This document shows, piece after piece, positions 34,956-41,856 of a DNA stretch of 41,856 nt (within the stretch, counting starts at the first letter, position 1; every line of letters starts with the position of its first letter). Source of the DNA: a virus; UHGV virus genome UHGV-0391345; one strand, written 5' to 3'. The notes beneath the pieces are model-generated. The model searched no databases. It was given only the letters and a program-made list of their open reading frames with translations, and was not told the DNA's origin. A program made the translations under genes and the position numbers.

Positions 34956-35171
34956 ATGAAATTTATAAAAAATGGTGGTTTGTATGAAACAGATAAAAGT
35001 AATGAATGTAAAATTTCAAAAATCACAGAAGATGAAAAGATAATGACAATATCGGTTGTTGTGCCTAAGGATTTTAACGGAACTTATTGCCAAAAATGTC
35101 CGATATGGTGTGACAGTATATCTTGTTCTGTAATTGGAATTTGTCCGTTAAATGATAATCAGCAGTATTAG
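34956..35171 (+). CDS. small Cys-rich protein
   Basis: CQKCPIWCDSISCSVIGICP. The repeat motif overlaps the stop. Confidence 0.35.
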   Translation: MKFIKNGGLYETDKSNECKISKITEDEKIMTISVVVPKDFNGTYCQKCPIWCDSISCSVIGICPLNDNQQY

Positions 35172-35173
35172 CA
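35148..35173. repeat. motif copy 3: TAAATGATAATCAGCAGTATTAGCA
   Basis: Overlaps the last codons and stop of 34956..35171. Confidence 0.5.
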
Positions 35174-35195
35174 TTTGATTGAGAAGGAGGAAAAT

Positions 35196-35468
35196 TTGAA
35201 AGAATTTGAGTATGACTGGCAGCGTCCTTTAAGGAGATTGGAAGTCGGAGACAGCGCCATTATAAAAGTCAGGCATAACAGTTTGGAAAAAGAGTCACAA
35301 AGGAAAAAGTACGGAGCAATATCAGATGGAGTTTATAAGGCGCAAGTAATAGCACCGTATGAATTAAAATGTGAGGATTATCCGATTTTAAGCGGAAAAT
35401 ATTGTTATTGGTATGGTAATAAGTTTGGTTGTTCTGGGCTTATTTATGCTGACGAGTTAGGTCGCTAA
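35196..35468 (+). CDS. hypothetical protein
   Basis: TTG start after AAGGAGG. Confidence 0.35.
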   Translation: MKEFEYDWQRPLRRLEVGDSAIIKVRHNSLEKESQRKKYGAISDGVYKAQVIAPYELKCEDYPILSGKYCYWYGNKFGCSGLIYADELGR

Positions 35469-35518
35469 ACTGATATTGATCAAAAATTGTGTATACATAC
35501 ACAGAAAGGGGCAGAGGT

Positions 35519-35686
35519 ATGGCAAGACCAAAGAAAGAGACCAATAAGAAGTATATCCGGCAGAACATAAGCATGGACCCGGAACAACTAAAACGGGTAA
35601 CCGCCTACTGCCAGAAAGAGGACAGGGCTATAAGTTGGGTGATCCGGCAGGCCCTGGACAGGTATCTTAATGATAACGTTGCGTAA
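35519..35686 (+). CDS. ribbon-helix-helix (CopG/Arc-like) DNA-binding protein
   Basis: KRVTAYCQKEDRAISWVIRQALDRYL. Confidence 0.45.
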   Translation: MARPKKETNKKYIRQNISMDPEQLKRVTAYCQKEDRAISWVIRQALDRYLNDNVA

Positions 35687-35747
35687 CAATGTGTATCGTT
35701 ACACAACAAAACTGATATTTCCGGGAGTAACGAAGGAAGGAATAAAG

Positions 35748-35960
35748 ATGAAAAAATATCGAGTTATGGTACCGATAGTTGCAGCATGTTATGTGGAAGT
35801 CGAGGCGGAAAACGAGAAAGAAGCTATCGCTTGTGCATTGAATAGCGAAGAACTGTCTCTTGAAAATGTAGAAGAATGGGAGGGGCTTGAGGCCATTGTT
35901 ACGGGTAATGTAGTTTATACATACAACCATACTGCCTGGGCTGAGGAGTTGGAGAATTAA
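35748..35960 (+). CDS. hypothetical acidic protein
   Basis: GGAAGG RBS. Confidence 0.35.
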   Translation: MKKYRVMVPIVAACYVEVEAENEKEAIACALNSEELSLENVEEWEGLEAIVTGNVVYTYNHTAWAEELEN

Positions 35961-35993
35961 GATTTTAAATTATAATCCAGAAAGGGAATGATC

Positions 35994-36224
35994 ATGACAA
36001 AAACAGAGGCTATGAATATATTAGCGGTATTTGATAGACAGGTAGTAGCTAAATCTGATGGTGCACATCAAACATTGGAAGGGCTTGAGGCCTGCGAGAT
36101 GGGTATTAAAGCGCTGAAAAAGTGGATTATTATGGAAGCAGATTTAAAACACTACTTAAGAGACAACGAAGAAAATGGAGTGGTTTATGTACCGAAATTT
36201 ATCATAGAGAAACTGCTAAACTGA
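35994..36224 (+). CDS. hypothetical protein
   Basis: The repeat motif overlaps the stop. Confidence 0.35.
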   Translation: MTKTEAMNILAVFDRQVVAKSDGAHQTLEGLEACEMGIKALKKWIIMEADLKHYLRDNEENGVVYVPKFIIEKLLN

Positions 36225-36241
36225 TATCAGTAGTATTAGCA
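36217..36241. repeat. motif copy 4: TAAACTGATATCAGTAGTATTAGCA
   Basis: Overlaps the stop of 35994..36224. Partial copies occur at 35466-35489 and 35708-35721. Confidence 0.5.
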
Positions 36242-36341
36242 GTTTCAGATTAAAGAAAAATAGATAAAGGAACACATATATGCACAGAATGAAAACTGAG
36301 CGATGGTCACCCGCCAAGATGATTCCACCGCTCTCGTAAAT

Positions 36342-36373
36342 ACGTCTGAGTATATTATATCTCACTCAGACGT
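36342..36373. repeat. perfect 10-bp inverted repeat ACGTCTGAGT-N12-ACTCAGACGT upstream of the second recombinase (candidate recombination/operator site)
   Basis: No T-run follows, so it is not an intrinsic terminator. Confidence 0.4.
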
Positions 36374-36404
36374 GAAAATCAATACGAATGAGGAGGATAT
36401 AATT

Positions 36405-37451
36405 ATGAGTACACAGACAATTAAAGCTGAAATAATTAACAATGTACTGGTAGCCATGTCCTTATATATTGTGGAGCAGCAGACTCTTAACATTCTGCAA
36501 AATGTAATGCAGCAGGAATTGGTAAGGGTAAATATGGAGGAAATAACTACTCTTCCGGCAGAAAGAAAGGATGATATAAGCCAGCGGAATCAGTACATAA
36601 TACAATTATTCCTGATTAAAAAACGCGATTTAGCAAGAGGAACCAAACAAAACTATCTGAATGCCATACGAAGATTGTTGACAGAAATAAACACAAAATC
36701 ATTGGACCAGATGGATACCACAGATATTGATTGGTATTTATCCCGATACGAAATTAGGAATGTGTCCAGCGGAGGAAAGAAAAATCAGCCCAGTACCTAC
36801 AACAATGAACGCCGTTTTCTATCAGCATTCTTTACATGGATGCGCCTTGAAAAGCTTATTACAGATAATCCGGTGGAACCAATACCTGCCAAGAAAGTAC
36901 CAATTAAACCAATTGATTATTACAGCCCAGAAGAATCTGCAAGGTTAAGGGACGCGTGCAAAAATATTCGCGAGAGGGCCTTACTGGAAGTGCTTCGAAG
37001 TACTGGGGCCAGGATAGGAGAAATTGCGGAAACAACTCTAGACCAGATAGACATGAGAACCGGCGATATATGGATACAGGGAGAGAAAGGCGGAAGATAC
37101 CGCACAATCTATCTGGATGATGATGCGCGACATTATTATGGACTGTATTTGGACAGCAGAAAAGATGATTGCCTGTATATGTTCCCACGCTCCAGAAAAC
37201 CGTATGGGAAAATGACTACTTGCGGATTCCGAGCAATATTGAAAACCATAAAAAAGAGGGCCGGATTAACATGCCGGGTATATCCGCATAAGTCACGCAA
37301 GACACTGGGAATGAATCTGAAGAACAGAGGCGTTGATATTGGGACTATACAGGAGATTATGGGACACGCAGACCCAGGAGTTACGGCACGGTATTATGCA
37401 CAGTCTAATCCCCGCACCCTTCGGTCGATAAGGGAAATGGTTAATGTGTAG
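36405..37451 (+). CDS. second tyrosine recombinase (XerC/D-phage integrase family)
   Basis: RSTGARIGEI (R box), HKSRKT (H-x-x-R), GHADPGVTARYY (H box and Tyr). GAGGAGG RBS. Confidence 0.75.
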   Translation: MSTQTIKAEIINNVLVAMSLYIVEQQTLNILQNVMQQELVRVNMEEITTLPAERKDDISQRNQYIIQLFLIKKRDLARGTKQNYLNAIRRLLTEINTKSLDQMDTTDIDWYLSRYEIRNVSSGGKKNQPSTYNNERRFLSAFFTWMRLEKLITDNPVEPIPAKKVPIKPIDYYSPEESARLRDACKNIRERALLEVLRSTGARIGEIAETTLDQIDMRTGDIWIQGEKGGRYRTIYLDDDARHYYGLYLDSRKDDCLYMFPRSRKPYGKMTTCGFRAILKTIKKRAGLTCRVYPHKSRKTLGMNLKNRGVDIGTIQEIMGHADPGVTARYYAQSNPRTLRSIREMVNV

Positions 37452-37456
37452 GAAGG

Positions 37457-37765
37457 ATGGATATGAGGACCAGGAACAAGAACTATAACGACTATGGAAT
37501 TACAGAAGATGAAGCCAAGCGCATAAAAGAATACTGCCAGACCGCCAGCGTAGAAGATAAGCTTACATTGTTCCAGTGTGCCATATCCTCCGCCCCTGGC
37601 CTGGAAGTAGAAATATATGAGAGCCTTGTAGGTAACATCGGATATGATAAACTCAGTAAGAGGAAGAACATACCAATTAAACGGGATGATTTTTATGGGT
37701 ACCAAAGAAAGACTCTGGATGAATACAGGCGGTTAATGACATTATTTGGGAGGTGGAAAGGATAG
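37457..37765 (+). CDS. hypothetical protein downstream of the recombinase
   Basis: Open reading frame only. Confidence 0.35.
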   Translation: MDMRTRNKNYNDYGITEDEAKRIKEYCQTASVEDKLTLFQCAISSAPGLEVEIYESLVGNIGYDKLSKRKNIPIKRDDFYGYQRKTLDEYRRLMTLFGRWKG

Positions 37766-37767
37766 CC

Positions 37768-38151
37768 ATGCCAATTGGAGAAAACATTAAGAAATATCGA
37801 AAAAGAAAAGGATTGACACAAAAGGAATTGGGTGCAGTTTTAGGATTGGCAGAAATTACAATTAGGCAATATGAAAATAATATGCGCAAGCCCAAATATG
37901 AAATACTTTTTTCTATTGCAGATGTGCTAAACGTATCTATTGCTGACTTAATGAGTATTGATACCGGGAAACAGATAATAGAAGCAAGAGTAAAAGCAAA
38001 ATTAACGCAAGAAAAATTGGCGCAAAAAGCAGGAATTTCCGTCTTTACCTTACAGAAATATGAATCAGGCGACCGAAATCCAAAGATAGAATCATTACAA
38101 AAAATAGCAAATGCTTTAGGTATACCAATTACTAGATTTAAAAATATGTAA
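37768..38151 (+). CDS. tandem-HTH XRE-family regulator
   Basis: Two HTH_XRE units (LTQKELGAVLGLAEITIRQYE and LTQEKLAQKAGISVFTLQKYE). Confidence 0.6.
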   Translation: MPIGENIKKYRKRKGLTQKELGAVLGLAEITIRQYENNMRKPKYEILFSIADVLNVSIADLMSIDTGKQIIEARVKAKLTQEKLAQKAGISVFTLQKYESGDRNPKIESLQKIANALGIPITRFKNM

Positions 38152-38153
38152 AA

Positions 38154-38417
38154 ATGGAGGGACGGTTTGATTATCCTACTTATGGTAAAATTAGTATAGG
38201 ACTATTATATCGCATGGGGAAAAACATGATTATTAATCTATTGAAGGAATGCTGTGAAAACTGCATTCATATTGACGCAAAAGCCGAAAACATAGTTTCA
38301 TCATATAGAAATATGCTGGAATCTAATGTGGTAAAATCTACGACTGCAACTATTTGGTGTGCACACATGGAAGTGTGCAAAGAATACCGTGAGGCAGAAA
38401 GCAAAGATGAATCTTAG
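38154..38417 (+). CDS. hypothetical Cys-containing protein
   Basis: Open reading frame only. Confidence 0.3.
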   Translation: MEGRFDYPTYGKISIGLLYRMGKNMIINLLKECCENCIHIDAKAENIVSSYRNMLESNVVKSTTATIWCAHMEVCKEYREAESKDES

Positions 38418-38670
38418 TTCAATCATGAAAAAGCTCCAGCGTGCCATATTGCAGACCAGACTTGTAATCAAGATATCCACCAGCCAATTCTACAGCGAGG
38501 AACAGGGGCGCATGATAACTATATGGATATTAAGCACCCCTGTACTACAACAGGATAAGCATGGGGAGTGGAAAACCAGGGATTATGAGATATTGCGGAG
38601 TGCATCGGGGATTGAGGTTGTGAAGTGCTTGCAGGAGATATGGGAGGCGGTGAAGGGATGGAATCAATAA
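38407..38670 (+). CDS. hypothetical protein
   Basis: ATGA overlap with its neighbour. Confidence 0.3.
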   Translation: MNLSSIMKKLQRAILQTRLVIKISTSQFYSEEQGRMITIWILSTPVLQQDKHGEWKTRDYEILRSASGIEVVKCLQEIWEAVKGWNQ

Positions 38671-38912
38671 AAGACAGTTTGCCAGAAAAATATAAAAAGC
38701 CTCCTCTTGGAACCTGTCCAAGTTGGTATGTGATTCCGAAAAGAATACAAGAATTGTCAGATGCTATAAGTAGATTTACAGGGCATGATAGCATTGGAAA
38801 AGATAAAGAGGTAACTATGGCAATAAGGGAGTGGGCTGTTGAGATTATATGTCATTGTGATACGCTAGATAAATTACAAGACTTTATGGGTAAACAAGAG
38901 GACGGTGATTAA
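38658..38912 (+). CDS. hypothetical protein
   Basis: Overlap with its neighbour. Confidence 0.3.
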   Translation: MESIKDSLPEKYKKPPLGTCPSWYVIPKRIQELSDAISRFTGHDSIGKDKEVTMAIREWAVEIICHCDTLDKLQDFMGKQEDGD

Positions 38913-39335
38913 GTGGGGCTTACACCGAAGCAGAAAGCGTTTGCGGATTATTATATTGAGTGTGGAAATGCGGCAGAGGCTGCGAGAAAGGCTGGTTATA
39001 GCTTACGGACAGCAGACGCAATAGGACGTGAAAACTTACGGAAGCCTACGGTTTCTGCATATATCTCCGAGCGACAGAAACAGATTGATGATTGCCGCAT
39101 AGCTGATGCTGCTGAAATACTGCAATACCTTACGTCTGTAATGCGCGGAGAAGTAAAAGACCAATTCGGACTTGATGCTCCGCTGGCAGAGAGAACTAAA
39201 GCGGCGGTGGAACTGGCAAAACGTAAGATAGATACAGACAAAAAGCAGGAGGGCGGCGGGATTACCATTGTCAACAACATACCAAGACCAGACAACAATA
39301 AATCTGACCGATGTAATCGCTCCGTCCTTCTATGA
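38913..39335 (+). CDS. terminase small subunit
   Basis: N-terminal KQKAFADYYIECGNAAEAARKAGYS HTH typical of terminase small subunits. Precedes the large subunit gene. Confidence 0.6.
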   Translation: MGLTPKQKAFADYYIECGNAAEAARKAGYSLRTADAIGRENLRKPTVSAYISERQKQIDDCRIADAAEILQYLTSVMRGEVKDQFGLDAPLAERTKAAVELAKRKIDTDKKQEGGGITIVNNIPRPDNNKSDRCNRSVLL

Positions 39336-40527
39336 TGTTCATTGGGATATCCTTGAAGGTAAACATACATATTATGACCTGTACGGTGGGCGAGGTTCTG
39401 CGAAGTCCTCTTTTATATCAGCGGAGATTGTGCTAGGTATGATGAATGACCCAGAGGCCAATGCTGTCATATTTCGTAAGTACGCCGTAACCATTGGAGA
39501 ATCAGTATTTGAGCAGATACAGTGGGCCATAGATGCGTTAGGAGTAACAGATTTATGGGAATCCCGTACAAGCCCATACAGATTCGTTTATAAGCCAACA
39601 GGACAAAAGATAATATTTCGTGGACTTGATAAGGCAAAGAAAACAAAGTCTATAAAGGCCAGTAAAGGATATTTTAAATACCTATGGTTTGAAGAACTAG
39701 ACGAATTTGCAGGACCAGAGGAAATACGAACTGTTGAACAGTCAGTATTGCGTGGCGGTAGCAAGTTTGTTGTATTCAAATCCTTTAACCCGCCCATCAG
39801 CCAAAGTAACTGGGCTAATCAGTATGTAAATACGCCGGATGATAGCGCATACAGGCATAAAAGCGATTACCGTTCTGTACCGGCAGAATGGTTAGGGGAA
39901 ATGTTTGTTGAGCGCGCCGAACATCTTAAAGCTACCAATGAGCGGGCATATAATCATGAGTATTTAGGTCTACCGGTTGGACTTGGTACAAATATATTTG
40001 ACATGTTGGATGTGCGAACAATCACAGACGAAGAAATCAAGGGATACCAAAGCATTTACCAGGGGCAGGACTGGGGCTGGTTCCCGGACCCCAAAGCATT
40101 TATCCGGGCTGCATACATACCGAACAAGGAAATGGTTGTGCTGCTTGATGAAATGGGAGGCTGCAAAATCCGTAACAGTAAGATGGCGGAGGATATACAG
40201 ACGGCTGGGTACGATGATTATACAATCTATTGCGGAGTGGATGAAGAAGAAAGCATTATAGACTTCCGTGACGCTGGTTTACCGGCCCGCAGAGCCATTG
40301 TGACGCCAGGAAGTAGGAAATATACCTTTGAGTGGTTGCAGTGCCGTACAATCGTTATAGACCCGGCCCGCACGCCGCGAGCATATAAAGAAATCATAGA
40401 ATACGAGCATGAGGTAGACAGCAACGGAGAAGTGATAGCGGATTATCCAGATGGAAACGACCACTGGATTGACGCTCTTCGTTATGCCACAAGCCCGTTG
40501 TCAATGAGAAGGGGGAACAGTGCATGA
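39268..40527 (+). CDS. terminase large subunit
   Basis: Walker A LYGGRGSAKS near the N-terminus. 419 aa, with a C-terminal nuclease region. TTG start, uncertain. Confidence 0.85.
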   Translation: MSTTYQDQTTINLTDVIAPSFYDVHWDILEGKHTYYDLYGGRGSAKSSFISAEIVLGMMNDPEANAVIFRKYAVTIGESVFEQIQWAIDALGVTDLWESRTSPYRFVYKPTGQKIIFRGLDKAKKTKSIKASKGYFKYLWFEELDEFAGPEEIRTVEQSVLRGGSKFVVFKSFNPPISQSNWANQYVNTPDDSAYRHKSDYRSVPAEWLGEMFVERAEHLKATNERAYNHEYLGLPVGLGTNIFDMLDVRTITDEEIKGYQSIYQGQDWGWFPDPKAFIRAAYIPNKEMVVLLDEMGGCKIRNSKMAEDIQTAGYDDYTIYCGVDEEESIIDFRDAGLPARRAIVTPGSRKYTFEWLQCRTIVIDPARTPRAYKEIIEYEHEVDSNGEVIADYPDGNDHWIDALRYATSPLSMRRGNSA

Positions 40528-40737
40528 CAAATAAAAAGAACAGTGTAATTACAAGAGAAAATATTCTTACAAGCCTGGACATATTGAATAAATTGCAGTT
40601 TTTTTCAAGGTCAAAGAGCGGGGAGAGAACTTTGGAATAATAAACCGGAAGATGTACAAAACAAGGACATAGAGAATTTTAATAAAGATTTGGATTTTCT
40701 CAGAATTGTTTTAACGGCGGTTGATTTGGGTGATTAA

Positions 40738-41856
40738 ATGGGACTAATAACATGGGCTAAAAAGGTGATAGGAATGATATTCAAGCGACAAGCAGAAGAA
40801 GATTTTAATGTTGAGTCAGTAGTTTCCCCGGAGATGGAAAGCAAGATTGCAGAGTGCGCCAATATCTACCGGGGTACTCCCTATTGGGTGAATGCTGACG
40901 ATAACGTTAAGACAATCAATTTCGCAAAGGCTATATGCTCCGAGACGGCCCGGCTTGCCACACTGGCAATCGGAATACAGATTGATGGGAGTTCGCGGGC
41001 TGCATGGCTCCAGGAGCAGATTGATAAGATATATTTCCAGATTAGGCACTGGGTAGAATATGGTATGGCCTACGGTACAATCATACTTAAGCCCAATGGT
41101 AAAGGACTGGACATATTCACACCGATGGATTTTATTATTACAGACTGCGATAACGAAGGTATCTATGGGATTGTATTTAAGGATAGCTACAGCGAAAATG
41201 ATAAGTATTATACTCGGTTTGAGTATCATCGGTTTGTTGAAGTCAAGGATGGAGATAACACTTATTACCCATATTACATATCCAATAGAGCTTATGTGTC
41301 TCATTCTGCAAAAAGTGTGGGGGACCCAATAGCATTAAATAGGACTAAGTGGTCCGACTTGCTTCCAGAGACTCCACCTATACTTAAAGCAAACAATGAT
41401 AAAATAGATGGTCCCATGTTTGGAATACTCCGCACTCCACAGGCTAATAATTTGGATATTTCATCACCTTTTGGATTACCGATGTATGCCGAGGCCATAG
41501 AAGAATTAAAGGACCTTGATATAGCATATAGCCGAAACGTGGGTGAAATATTTGACAGTGAGAAAATCATATTGGCAGATGACCAGCTGATGTTTGGAAG
41601 CGGTACAAACATTAAAAGCCGTTATGCTGGCATGAGCAATGAAAAGCTTCCTCATTATGTTAAAAATGTATTTGGAAATGGAACAGAGTCTTTCTATCAG
41701 GAGATTGTTCCATCGTTGAATACTGATATCAGAATTACCGGAATAAACAACCTACTCTCATTTGTGGGATTTAAGTGTGGATATTCCAATGGGTATTTTG
41801 TGCTTGATGAAAAAACAGGAATGGTCACAGCCACACAGGTAGAGGCTGACGACAGG
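40738..41856 (+). CDS. portal protein, N-terminal 373 aa (runs off the window end)
   Basis: Follows the terminase large subunit gene. No stop before the window end. The frame matches the fragment at 1..315. Confidence 0.7.
   Translation, partial: MGLITWAKKVIGMIFKRQAEEDFNVESVVSPEMESKIAECANIYRGTPYWVNADDNVKTINFAKAICSETARLATLAIGIQIDGSSRAAWLQEQIDKIYFQIRHWVEYGMAYGTIILKPNGKGLDIFTPMDFIITDCDNEGIYGIVFKDSYSENDKYYTRFEYHRFVEVKDGDNTYYPYYISNRAYVSHSAKSVGDPIALNRTKWSDLLPETPPILKANNDKIDGPMFGILRTPQANNLDISSPFGLPMYAEAIEELKDLDIAYSRNVGEIFDSEKIILADDQLMFGSGTNIKSRYAGMSNEKLPHYVKNVFGNGTESFYQEIVPSLNTDIRITGINNLLSFVGFKCGYSNGYFVLDEKTGMVTATQVEADDR

Noticed and set aside
40524-40737. Small ORF (39 aa) with a T7 run after the terminase large subunit, and a +1 open frame reaching the portal start
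   Set aside because: The +1 frame has no start codon and is closed by a TAA immediately before the portal ATG. It is most likely non-coding spacer.
1-41856. CRISPR arrays, rRNA or full tRNA genes
   Set aside because: No regularly spaced direct repeats with unique spacers. No cloverleaf-capable segment beyond the degenerate T-arm-like fragment at 22006-22029.

Overview
The window reads as a complete temperate siphovirus-type phage genome of about 41.9 kb, probably from a Firmicutes/Clostridia host. Host clues are GGAGG-type RBSs, choline-binding repeats on the endolysin, XkdX, Cys_rich_KTR, DUF2085 and a DnaD-like replication protein. The portal gene is split across the window ends: residues 1-373 sit at 40738..41856 and about 105 C-terminal residues at 1..315, in the same frame. 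This suggests a circular or circularly permuted contig linearised inside the portal gene. Reading from the portal fragment, the + strand order is: head-morphogenesis (MuF-like) gene, a papain-like protein, and an inserted moron island at about 2.0-6.9 kb. The island holds low-complexity and Cys-rich proteins, a small sigma-region-4-like HTH and a minus-strand acr/aca-like operon. Then follow scaffold, capsid, connector and tail genes, and a tail-fibre block at 17.5-20.6 kb containing what looks like an invertible C-terminal cassette switch. After that come XkdX and an M15-peptidase endolysin, and a candidate attP next to a minus-strand tyrosine integrase. The lysogeny region (23.3-26.4 kb) carries a type I toxin-like peptide, a DUF2085/zinc-ribbon pair and an AT-rich cI-cotranscribed cargo operon. 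It also carries a cI/cro switch with face-to-face consensus promoters and three palindromic operators. The early/replication region (26.4-38.9 kb) has a Rad52/Sak-like SSAP, an HNH-like protein, a DnaD-like protein and a LexA DNA-binding-domain-only protein. It also has a PAPS-reductase-like protein, an array of tiny Cys-rich ORFs punctuated by a conserved palindromic motif, and a second tyrosine recombinase. The terminase small and large subunit genes follow. No tRNA, rRNA or CRISPR array was seen. All functional calls rest on motif recognition by eye and on gene order; no database searches were run.
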